Positions 49,895 to 57,542 of a stretch of DNA of 64,000 bases are shown here, piece after piece; position 1 is the first letter of the stretch; the number at the start of each line of letters is the position of its first letter. Below the pieces are notes generated by a model. That model was given only the letters and a program-made list of their open reading frames with translations. It was not told the DNA's origin and ran no database searches. The DNA is from an uncultured SAR86 cluster bacterium. Its GTDB lineage: Bacteria > Pseudomonadota > Gammaproteobacteria > Magnimaribacterales > AG-339-G14. The stretch spans positions 66,813 to 130,812 of the forward strand of contig CABZIF010000001.1 in NCBI GenBank assembly GCA_902525735.1, given 5' to 3'. The translations under genes were made by a program, and so were the position numbers.

Positions 49895-50029
49895 CTCTTC
49901 TTAAATTTTTAAAAAACTTGTAAGAAAAGAGTAACTGAATTGTGGAATAAAAATTTATTTAAATATATCTTTCAGTTTGATCAAATTAGTATTTAATACA
50001 CTTTTGAAACAATTTACTTATAGGTATAT

Positions 50030-50269
50030 ATGAAACTTTACGTAGGAAATCTCCCATGGAGCATCGGTAATCAGGAATTAGAAGATTTATTCTCAAGTTA
50101 TGGGACTGTAACCTCTGCTAATGTAATTACAGATAGAGACACCAAAAGATCTAGAGGATTTGGTTTCGTCGAATTAGATTCTGGTGGACCAGAAGCAATT
50201 GAAGCAATGAATGAATCTGAGGTAGAAGGGAGAAAAGTCATTGTTAACGAAGCAAGACCCAAAACATAA
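50030..50269 (+). CDS. RRM-type RNA-binding protein
   Basis: It carries RNP-2 (LYVGNL) and RNP-1 (RGFGFVEL). At 79 aa it has the typical length of bacterial RbpA-like proteins. Confidence 0.85.
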   Translation: MKLYVGNLPWSIGNQELEDLFSSYGTVTSANVITDRDTKRSRGFGFVELDSGGPEAIEAMNESEVEGRKVIVNEARPKT

Positions 50270-50277
50270 TTTATTTT

Positions 50278-50321
50278 GGCTGTTATAGAGAATTAGCCCT
50301 CTATTCAGCCACCACTTTTTT
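50278..50321 (+). terminator. Probable terminator after RRM gene
   Basis: The imperfect hairpin GGCTG-tt-ATAGAG...CTCTAT-t-CAGCC is followed, after ACCAC, by TTTTTT. Confidence 0.45.
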
Positions 50322-50370
50322 GGCTGGAATGTAACGTTGCAGACTTTCCAGCCTCCAAAAATATTTAAAT

Positions 50371-50598
50371 CTATTTTTTAAGAATCGCCGCTATTATTAG
50401 CAGCGAAACTAAGGCAATTAAGCCTTCCTCTCCAATTATTGATAGAATTGAAGAAAAATTAGATACCACTGACCCAAAAAAAGCAGTCTCAGGTCCAAAA
50501 ATAATACCGACTAACAACGAAACAGCCACAAACAAAGTCAATACTTCTGTAACTTTGTACAGAAAGCTTTTCAATGTTTCTAAATTCAACCAGTCCAT
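50371..50598 (-). CDS. Small 2-TM membrane protein, paralog B
   Basis: It is 75 aa and shares VGI-I-FG...FFG-x-V...G-x-x-G with the upstream gene. Confidence 0.5.
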   Translation of the reverse strand: MDWLNLETLKSFLYKVTEVLTLFVAVSLLVGIIFGPETAFFGSVVSNFSSILSIIGEEGLIALVSLLIIAAILKK

Positions 50599-50602
50599 AA
50601 TT

Positions 50603-50640
50603 TTTTAAAAGGCAGGGGGCCTAATATAAGACCCCCGAAC
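50603..50640 (-). terminator. Probable terminator between the two small membrane genes
   Basis: On the minus strand the hairpin GGGGG-TCTTATATTAGG-CCCCC is followed by TGCCTTTT. Confidence 0.45.
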
Positions 50641-50652
50641 CTATATCTTTAG

Positions 50653-50874
50653 TTATCTAAGTAACTGTATGAGAATAGCCGCTGCTAAAAGCCCAACGAT
50701 TCCATTGTCACCTAATGTTTGTATCACAGCAATAAGCTGGTTTAAAACATCACCAAAGAAAAAAGAGTTTCCGCCAAAAACTATTCCAGCAACAACTCCC
50801 AACCCGATTACACCGACTAAGATTCCAGTTAAACCTGAAACCAAGTCACGAATCATATTAAATGCATTTTCCAT
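50653..50874 (-). CDS. Small 2-TM membrane protein, paralog A
   Basis: It is 73 aa and Gly-rich in TM1 (GLTGILVGVIGLGVVAGIVFGG). Its start follows GGGGAGGAAA. Confidence 0.5.
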   Translation of the reverse strand: MENAFNMIRDLVSGLTGILVGVIGLGVVAGIVFGGNSFFFGDVLNQLIAVIQTLGDNGIVGLLAAAILIQLLR

Positions 50875-51083
50875 AATTTCCTCCCCAGAGTTTATGTAAT
50901 TAGCAATATAAATTTAAACACATAAAAAAATGTGTAATAACTAAAAAAAAAATTAAGAAACATCTTTTTCTAAGTAATGTCAAACAAAGGCAAAAAATTA
51001 AGGCACAATTTTATAAATTTTCCAAATTTATAAATAAAAGATACAAATTTTTACATAAAACCTATAATAATTTAGAGATTGTT

Positions 51084-51755
51084 ATGGATTTAAAGAGAAG
51101 CATATATAAAAAAATTTATAATTCAAAAGATGGCAACATTGATTGGAAATGGCATAAAAAAAAATTCAATCGAATTGCTTTAGTCAACAGATTAATTGAA
51201 AAAACCGGAGGCTTAAATAGCAATTATTTAGAGATTGGCTGTGATCAGAATGAACTGTTTGATTCAATAACGTGCTATAACAAAATAGGTGTTGATCCTG
51301 TCTCAGGAGGCACCCATAAAATGACTTCTGATGATTTTTTTAAAGATAATAAAAAAAAATTTAATGTAATTTTTATTGATGGTCTTCATGAGTACTCCCA
51401 AGTTAGAAAAGATGCTTTAAATAGCTTGGATTGTATTGATGAAAATGGTTGGATTGCATTTCATGACTTTTTGCCTGCAAATTATTTAGAACAACACATT
51501 CCAAGATTAGGAAATGGTTGGCCATGGACTGGAGATTGTTGGAAGCTTGCTTACGAATTAAGTCAAGCTAAAAATATTGAATTTAAAATTGTTGAAATAG
51601 ATCGAGGCGTTGGACTTATGAGAAAAATTTCTGCTGACTATTTTGTTCCTGATTTTTCGGATGATTTATTAAAATCAGAATTTGACAAATTCCTTGAAAT
51701 TCTTGATGAGTTACCTTTGTGTAATTTCGATGAAGCGATAAGTTTTATTGGTTAA
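51084..51755 (+). CDS. Class I SAM-dependent methyltransferase (Methyltransf_24/TylF-like)
   Basis: It carries YLEIGCDQNELFD and VIFIDGLHEYSQVRKDALNSL, and later AFHDF. Confidence 0.6.
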   Translation: MDLKRSIYKKIYNSKDGNIDWKWHKKKFNRIALVNRLIEKTGGLNSNYLEIGCDQNELFDSITCYNKIGVDPVSGGTHKMTSDDFFKDNKKKFNVIFIDGLHEYSQVRKDALNSLDCIDENGWIAFHDFLPANYLEQHIPRLGNGWPWTGDCWKLAYELSQAKNIEFKIVEIDRGVGLMRKISADYFVPDFSDDLLKSEFDKFLEILDELPLCNFDEAISFIG

Positions 51756-51769
51756 GTCTTTAATAACAA

Positions 51770-52612
51770 ATGAGTAACAAATTAGCTTTAATTGAAGTAG
51801 TAAATTATAAATACGATTTTGATCCAAATTTTGACGTTGATGACAATGAAGCTATTATGGAAATGTTAAAATCTAAAAGTTGGTCAGCCTTTCGTCAAAT
51901 GATTCTGCACACAAGCACGGAAGATACAAAACGATATCCAGGTAAAAAAATAGCCACTTTTCATCCTTTAACTTTTGCAAGTTCTTTGGCGTTTGCTGAA
52001 TTTGTAATAAATTTTGCCAAATCAACTCCTGATAATGTAGAGCAATATTGGGGTGAAGAAGATCAATTAGATTCATATAAGCAATTAGCTGAAGATATAA
52101 AACAACTGCATGAACCGGTAAAAAAGAAAAGAGAGTATTTTGAGGAAAAACTTGGACATGTGGACGGAAGATTGAGAAAAGAATATGAAAATATTCCTCT
52201 CGAAAATGAAAAGGATATTTTAGAAACCTTAAATTTTTTAAAATCAGAATTACTAGGCAAAACGGTTATTGGTGGAGGAAATCTTGCGGAAGGGGAAGTG
52301 TTGGAAAAGGAATTTTTATTGAGTCTAGCTCCTTCAGAAATATTAAAATTAAGAGTAAAAGATGAATTGCTGAATGATTCTATCAAAGAGGCCAAAGACA
52401 GATTAAAAGCCTTTGAAGATGGATTGAATAAAAAAGGAAAAAAAACTCAAGAATGGAAAGGTGAGCTCAATTCTCTTGCTGTTCAGATGTATGAATATGA
52501 AGCTTCTCTTCTTGAAAAAGTTGAACTAATGATTTTTAGAAGTAGATTATCCGAAAATTTCAAACGAAAAATTATCGACTCTTTGCCTTCAGCACTAAGT
52601 TGGGATCGTTAA
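51770..52612 (+). CDS. Hypothetical protein with charged coiled-coil-like C-terminal half
   Basis: It is a 280-aa ORF tightly following the methyltransferase. I recognise no family. Confidence 0.45.
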   Translation: MSNKLALIEVVNYKYDFDPNFDVDDNEAIMEMLKSKSWSAFRQMILHTSTEDTKRYPGKKIATFHPLTFASSLAFAEFVINFAKSTPDNVEQYWGEEDQLDSYKQLAEDIKQLHEPVKKKREYFEEKLGHVDGRLRKEYENIPLENEKDILETLNFLKSELLGKTVIGGGNLAEGEVLEKEFLLSLAPSEILKLRVKDELLNDSIKEAKDRLKAFEDGLNKKGKKTQEWKGELNSLAVQMYEYEASLLEKVELMIFRSRLSENFKRKIIDSLPSALSWDR

Positions 52613-52661
52613 TTTATATTTTATTTTAGTAAATTAAAGATGTGTATAATTCCTTGTTTAA

Positions 52662-52753
52662 GGAGGGGTGGCAGAGCTTGGTTGAATGCACTGGTCTTGA
52701 AAACCAGCAGGTCAGAAATGGCCTCGTGGGTTCGAATCCCACCCCCTCCGCCA
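52662..52753 (+). tRNA. tRNA-Ser (anticodon UGA)
   Basis: The acceptor GGAGGGG pairs with CCCCTCC, followed by G-CCA. The anticodon stem CTGGT/ACCAG closes loop CTTGAAA. It has a long variable arm, and the T-arm is GTGGGTTCGAATCCCAC. Confidence 0.9.
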
Positions 52754-52768
52754 CTTAACAAAGAAGAA

Positions 52769-53548
52769 ATGTCTGAACAAGTAAGAATATTTTCATATTT
52801 ACCTAACCCAAGAGTATGGAAATCAATGATTACCGCAAAGATAGGGAAGGTAGATTTAAAAATTACCGGCGACAAACCTTTAAATTTAAGCAATTGGTTG
52901 TGGGACTTTGAAGCTAGAGAAATAGATTCCTCCGAACTGGATAAACTTAAACTTTATAAAAGAACAGGCAAAAGGGGATTTAAAGGCATACTATATAAAA
53001 CCGATAAATTTCTTGAAAAACATCCTTTTGGAACAGTTCCTGCTGGATTTAATTTTGATGGATCTGAGGGTATCTTCGAATCCAACAGCATTATGAGAGC
53101 TGTAGCTAGAGTATCTTCTGTGAAATCTCTTTACGGCGGCGAAGATGCATTTAAAAAATCAAGAATAGATAGTTTTTTAGATTCAAATCTTGTGTTTGCA
53201 AGAGAGTTTCAAGTTTATGTTTTAGAAATTAACATGCTAAACGAATATTTATATAAAAGGATGAAGTCTGCTTATTTATTTTATTTAGATGGGATAGAAA
53301 CAGCCTTATCAAATGATAAATTTATTGCGGGAAGTGAATTAACAATAGCTGATATATCCTTTGTTTGTGATGTTGCACAATTTTTGCGCGAAAGAGACAA
53401 ACAAAATAATATTAACCAACAAGGATTCGAAGTTATTTCAAAAAATTTCGAAAAAGAATTTCCTAAAGCAACCAATCATTTAAAAAAACTATCAAAAAAA
53501 GAAGAATTTAAGGAAATCATGTTCGATTATCTCAATAAAGTTTTATAA
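52769..53548 (+). CDS. Glutathione S-transferase-like protein
   Basis: The track ORF 52640 starts inside tRNA-Ser, so I trimmed it to the ATG at 52769 (MSEQVRIF...). It carries HPFGTVPA, ESNSIMRA and the C-terminal helix block ELTIADISF. Confidence 0.55.
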   Translation: MSEQVRIFSYLPNPRVWKSMITAKIGKVDLKITGDKPLNLSNWLWDFEAREIDSSELDKLKLYKRTGKRGFKGILYKTDKFLEKHPFGTVPAGFNFDGSEGIFESNSIMRAVARVSSVKSLYGGEDAFKKSRIDSFLDSNLVFAREFQVYVLEINMLNEYLYKRMKSAYLFYLDGIETALSNDKFIAGSELTIADISFVCDVAQFLRERDKQNNINQQGFEVISKNFEKEFPKATNHLKKLSKKEEFKEIMFDYLNKVL

Positions 53549-53625
53549 TTTTATTCTTTAAAAACTTTATTCATAAAAAAATTTTTTTTAATTCAAACTT
53601 AGTCTAAAAAACATCAAATTAGGTA

Positions 53626-53654
53626 TTGTAAATCTTTTTTATTTTCTCTATTAT
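53626..53654 (+). promoter_or_regulatory. Sigma70-type promoter
   Basis: It reads TTGTAA (53626-53631), a 17-nt spacer, then TATTAT (53649-53654). Confidence 0.45.
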
Positions 53655-53660
53655 AAATTC

Positions 53661-53846
53661 ATAACTTAGTGGGAAGCTTAACAACTCGAGACGGAAAGAA
53701 AGAAGCTAAGGAGCAGAAGAAGAAGGGTGAGAAGACGAAAGAAATTTCGCCACATGCAGGGAAAGGGTAACTCGCCTGCACTAGATAACCCGCTAGACCC
53801 CTTCAACTTCGATAAATAAAACACCACTTTGTGGTGTTTTTTTTTA
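53661..53846 (+). ncRNA. Candidate ~185-nt small RNA or trpS leader (purine-rich, terminator-bounded)
   Basis: It is bounded by the promoter above and a strong terminator. It contains a 57-nt tract (53688-53744) with only 6 pyrimidines, several GGA/GGG motifs and a 6-bp hairpin TGCAGG/CCTGCA (53755-53780). Confidence 0.4.
53818..53846 (+). terminator. Intrinsic terminator 11 nt upstream of trpS ATG
   Basis: The hairpin ACACCAC-TTT-GTGGTGT is followed by a T-run of about 9. Confidence 0.8.
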
Positions 53847-53856
53847 TACTAAACCC

Positions 53857-54864
53857 ATGTCCTCCATTTTAACTGGCATAACAACTAGCGGTTCTCCACA
53901 TTTAGGTAATTATGTGGGAGCTATAAAACCTTCCCTTGATAAAATAAAAGAATCAAAAAAATCTTTTTTATTTTTAGCCGACTATCATTCATTAATTAAA
54001 CAGCAAGATCCTTTACTTACTCATAAGTCTAGTTTGGAAATTGCTTCTGCTTGGATGGCTTGTGGCTTAAATCCTAGAGAAACTTGTTTTTACAGACAAT
54101 CAAAAATCCCTCAAATTATGGAATTGAATTGGATCTTATCCAATGCAACATCAAAAGGACTTCTCAATAGAGCGCATGCTTACAAAGCTGCCCAGGATTT
54201 AAATTCGAAAAAAAAAGTAAAAGACCTAGATAATGGTATAACGGCTAGTTTATTTAATTATCCAGTACTGATGGCTGCCGATATTTTAATATTTGATACT
54301 GATATTGTCCCAGTAGGAAGTGATCAAAAGCAACACATTGAAATGACCAGAGACATTGCTGCACGATTTAATCATTTATATGGAGAAACTTTTAAAATTC
54401 CAGAAGCATATATTTCTAAAAATATACCTCTCTTGTTAGGAACAGATGGAAGAAAGATGAGCAAATCATATAAAAACTCTATCGAACTATTTTCTGAAGA
54501 AAAAGCTTTAAAGAAATCTCTAAATCAAATCGTTACTGATTCTCTTATGCCCGGAGAGCCAAAGGAAACAAAAAATTCAGTTTTGTATAATTTTTTTCAA
54601 GCATTTGCTACTGAATCGTATTTAAAAGAAGTAAATATAATGTTTTCCGATGGTAAAGGTTGGGGTGAATTAAAATCTGATCTCTTCAATTTAATCAATA
54701 CTGAATTGAAAGACTCAAGAGAAAAGTACTTTTATTTCCTTAGCAATGCTGACGAGGTTGAAGATATTTTAAAAAAAGGGGAAATTCAAGCTTCGCTCCT
54801 TGCAGAAAAAAAACTTATTGATGTAAGAAACAAAATAGGAATAAAGCCTTTAGATGAAAAATAA
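53857..54864 (+). CDS. trpS: Tryptophanyl-tRNA synthetase
   Basis: It carries the class I motifs GSPHLGNYVGA (HIGH) and KMSKS (RKMSKSYKN), plus the GSDQKQHIE block. Confidence 0.9.
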   Translation: MSSILTGITTSGSPHLGNYVGAIKPSLDKIKESKKSFLFLADYHSLIKQQDPLLTHKSSLEIASAWMACGLNPRETCFYRQSKIPQIMELNWILSNATSKGLLNRAHAYKAAQDLNSKKKVKDLDNGITASLFNYPVLMAADILIFDTDIVPVGSDQKQHIEMTRDIAARFNHLYGETFKIPEAYISKNIPLLLGTDGRKMSKSYKNSIELFSEEKALKKSLNQIVTDSLMPGEPKETKNSVLYNFFQAFATESYLKEVNIMFSDGKGWGELKSDLFNLINTELKDSREKYFYFLSNADEVEDILKKGEIQASLLAEKKLIDVRNKIGIKPLDEK

Positions 54865-55414
54865 AAAAAACCTCTTAATTTATCCAAAAAATATTAATTT
54901 TGAGTTTTTAGGATTAGAGTTTATGAGACTTCATAAACATGGGCAGGGAATCATTTCGAGATCAAGATGCTCTCACTCAATAGAAAAGCATGGCTTCCCT
55001 TTTATAATTGATAAGTATTTATCTGAAGATTTTAATAACTTTCAATTGACAGATTTTATGTTTTTAAGGGCGCCAGGCTTTCATGGCCCATTTTCTACTA
55101 AATTTTTATCTAATAAAGATTATGAAGAATTAGATGGCAAAAAAATTGAAAAAAGATTATTGGAGGTTTTAAGGAAAACTAGAATAAACACTCCTGAAAT
55201 TTCTGAACAAGTTTTTACAAGATTCAAATATTTCATCGACGTAATTTTAAATAGAAAAACTATTTGTTTTTTTTTGAATAGGTCAATAAACGATAAAAAA
55301 AACCAAATAAAATTCGAACATGAATGGTCTCATGCTTTAAATGAATATCATGAATTTGTTGTATTTTCTCTAAAAGCAAACGAGTGCTTTTCTATAATCC
55401 TTGCATATGATTAA
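54854..55414 (+). CDS. Hypothetical protein
   Basis: It is a 186-aa ORF that overlaps the trpS stop by 11 nt and the MFS start by 14 nt. I recognise no family. Confidence 0.4.
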   Translation: MKNKKNLLIYPKNINFEFLGLEFMRLHKHGQGIISRSRCSHSIEKHGFPFIIDKYLSEDFNNFQLTDFMFLRAPGFHGPFSTKFLSNKDYEELDGKKIEKRLLEVLRKTRINTPEISEQVFTRFKYFIDVILNRKTICFFLNRSINDKKNQIKFEHEWSHALNEYHEFVVFSLKANECFSIILAYD

Positions 55415-56618
55415 TGAGCAGGAAAAACCTCATAAGTCTATCTGGTTTCTTTCTGCTGCTTTAGCTTGTGTAGGCGCTGGCCAATCAACAGTGTTCATTC
55501 TTATTCCATCAGAAGTAAGAAGTCTCGGGTTTAGTGAATTTGAGGTTGGACTAATTTTTTCAATATCTGCTTTAGCATGGATGATATTCAGTCCTTTTTG
55601 GGGAAGACTAAGTGATAGGTTTGGCAGGGGGTCTATTTTTTTAATCGGAATGATCGGATTTGCACTTTCCATGGCGTCTTTTGCAGCAATATTAATTTCT
55701 GCTCAAAACCTTTTTCTGCCTTTAGCACTAGTTTTTCCTTTATTAGTTTTAACGAGATTAATAAATGGACTCTTAGGAAGCGCTGTTAGACCTGCTGCTG
55801 GAGGAAGAATAGCTGATTTAACCTCGCCAACAACTAGAACGGCAGGATTTGCTCGATTTGATGCTGGCTGGCAATTTGGAGTTGTGATAGGACCCATAGT
55901 TGTAGGTATCCTTTTATCTATTTTCAATGAAAATCTTTTAGCTCCTTTTTTATTTATAGCCTTGATAGGTTTGTTAATTGGATTTTATAACTATAAAAAT
56001 ATGTATGAAGCTGATGGATTTTCAGAATCTGAAAAATTAACTAAACTTAAATTTTATGACTCAAGGGTTTGGCCCTCATTGCTAGTTGCATCATTTATGG
56101 GGATTTCGAATGCATGTTTGGTCTTAACATCTGCTCTTTACACAAAAGATGTAATAGTAACCAGTGGAGAAAGTGTTTATGCAGTAATAGCTATTGGCTT
56201 TTCATTGGTAGCTATGTCAGGAATGTTTGCTAATTTGTTTATCGTTGATAAATTCAAAATTAGACCTCTGAATCTTATTAAATGGGGATGTGCTTTAATT
56301 TTGTTTAGTTATTTATTTTTAGCTAGTGCCACTTCGATACCTAATTTATATTTATCATTGATTATCTTTGGGCTGGGTTCAGGTCTTATAAGACCTGGAA
56401 ACATAACTATCCTTTCATTGTCTGTTAGTCCAAAGGAACAGGGTGCTGCAAGCGGTTGGATGGGTACAGTTTTTCCAATTGGACATTTAATAACGCCTTT
56501 TACGATAATGCCTCTTTATATGTTGAGTCCAAATTTACCGTATTTAGCCATTAGTTTTTTGGCTTTATTACTAATAGTATTTATACTTTTAAATCAAAAA
56601 AAATATTTTTATTATTAG
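55401..56618 (+). CDS. MFS transporter
   Basis: It has about 12 TM segments and the MFS loop motif GRLSDRFGRG between TM2 and TM3. Confidence 0.7.
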   Translation: MHMINEQEKPHKSIWFLSAALACVGAGQSTVFILIPSEVRSLGFSEFEVGLIFSISALAWMIFSPFWGRLSDRFGRGSIFLIGMIGFALSMASFAAILISAQNLFLPLALVFPLLVLTRLINGLLGSAVRPAAGGRIADLTSPTTRTAGFARFDAGWQFGVVIGPIVVGILLSIFNENLLAPFLFIALIGLLIGFYNYKNMYEADGFSESEKLTKLKFYDSRVWPSLLVASFMGISNACLVLTSALYTKDVIVTSGESVYAVIAIGFSLVAMSGMFANLFIVDKFKIRPLNLIKWGCALILFSYLFLASATSIPNLYLSLIIFGLGSGLIRPGNITILSLSVSPKEQGAASGWMGTVFPIGHLITPFTIMPLYMLSPNLPYLAISFLALLLIVFILLNQKKYFYY

Positions 56619-56630
56619 GATTCGAAAATT

Positions 56631-57524
56631 ATGTTTAAAGAAGATGCATTAGAAGGAAAAAGGATTTTAATCACAGGTGGAGGCAGCGGTTTAGGAAAAG
56701 AAATGGCAAAACATTTTTTATCTCATGGCGCCGAAGTAATTATCTGCGGAAGAAGAGATTCAGTTTTAAAAGAAACTGAAAAGGAGTTATCAGAAACTAC
56801 TAATGGAAAGATTTCATCTTTTAGTTTGGATATTAGAGATTCTTTAGCAATTGAAGAAGCTATTGATACAGTTTTTGCTAATGGCGGTCTTGATGGGTTA
56901 GTAAATAATGCTGCCGGTAATTTTATAAGTAGGACCAAAGATTTATCACCAAATGCTTTCAATGCTATTGCTTCAATCGTTTTTCATGGAACATTTAATA
57001 TGACAAATACAGTTGGAAAAAAATGGATAGAACAAAATAAACCTGGAAATATTCTTTCGATTACAACTACCTGGGTATGGACAGGGTCTCCATTTGTTGT
57101 CCCTTCGGCAATGTCTAAATCAGGAATAAATGCAATGACAAAATCATTAGCGGTAGAATGGGGTCCTCACAATATTAGATTAAATTGCATTGCTCCTGGG
57201 CCATTTCCTACCGAAGGTGCATGGTCTAGACTTAGTCCTGAAACAGAAGATAACAAAGGTGCATTGGATCAAAGTTCTATGTCGTCAAACCCAATGGGTA
57301 GAGTAGGAGAAATGAATGAACTGGGTAACCTTGCAACTTTTTTGATGGCTGACGGATGCGATTATTTGACAGGTCAAACTATTGCAATTGATGGAGCGGC
57401 TTATCTTTCTGCTGGAGGAACCTTTGCAAGTTTAGGTAAACTTAAAGATGAAGATTGGACGAATATAAGAGATACTATTAAGAAAAGTAATGAGAAGGAC
57501 AAGAATTTAAGAAATACTAAATAA
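56631..57524 (+). CDS. Short-chain dehydrogenase/reductase (2,4-dienoyl-CoA reductase-like)
   Basis: It carries ITGGGSGLGKEMA and NNAAGNF. SAMSKSG stands in place of YxxxK, as in the DECR subgroup. It also carries IRLNCIAPG. Confidence 0.75.
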   Translation: MFKEDALEGKRILITGGGSGLGKEMAKHFLSHGAEVIICGRRDSVLKETEKELSETTNGKISSFSLDIRDSLAIEEAIDTVFANGGLDGLVNNAAGNFISRTKDLSPNAFNAIASIVFHGTFNMTNTVGKKWIEQNKPGNILSITTTWVWTGSPFVVPSAMSKSGINAMTKSLAVEWGPHNIRLNCIAPGPFPTEGAWSRLSPETEDNKGALDQSSMSSNPMGRVGEMNELGNLATFLMADGCDYLTGQTIAIDGAAYLSAGGTFASLGKLKDEDWTNIRDTIKKSNEKDKNLRNTK

Positions 57525-57542
57525 AAATAAATAGGAGAAGAT

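Noticed and set aside
50322-50353. An 8-bp inverted repeat GGCTGGAA...TTCCAGCC considered as a shared terminator for the convergent RRM and small-membrane genes.
   Set aside because: The T-run precedes the stem on both strands instead of following it, so it is not a canonical intrinsic terminator. I kept only the upstream imperfect hairpin plus T-run, as a low-confidence terminator.
50653-50874. The idea that the 73-aa MEN..NM... protein is an ATP synthase c-subunit.
   Set aside because: It lacks the polar loop (RQP-like) and the conserved carboxylate in TM2, and no atp genes are nearby.
52621-52893. A 90-aa minus-strand ORF, together with the 52640 start of the plus-strand ORF.
   Set aside because: Both overlap tRNA-Ser (52662-52753). 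The plus-strand protein is better started at the ATG at 52769. The minus ORF is antisense to the tRNA and to the GST-like N-terminus.
53688-53720. A resemblance between GACGGAAAGAAAGAAGCUAAGGAGCAG and the SRP (4.5S) RNA domain IV sequence GGAAGGAAGCAGCCAAGGCAG.
   Set aside because: The flanking bases cannot form the helix 8 hairpin around a GGAA tetraloop (GAGAC does not pair with AGAAAG). The long closing stem of 4.5S RNA is also absent.
53661-53846. A T-box or Trp-codon attenuator leader for trpS.
   Set aside because: I found no T-box consensus (AGGGUGGUACCGCG-like) and no specifier-loop architecture. The 33-codon ORF contains no Trp codon. T-box elements are also not expected in gammaproteobacteria.
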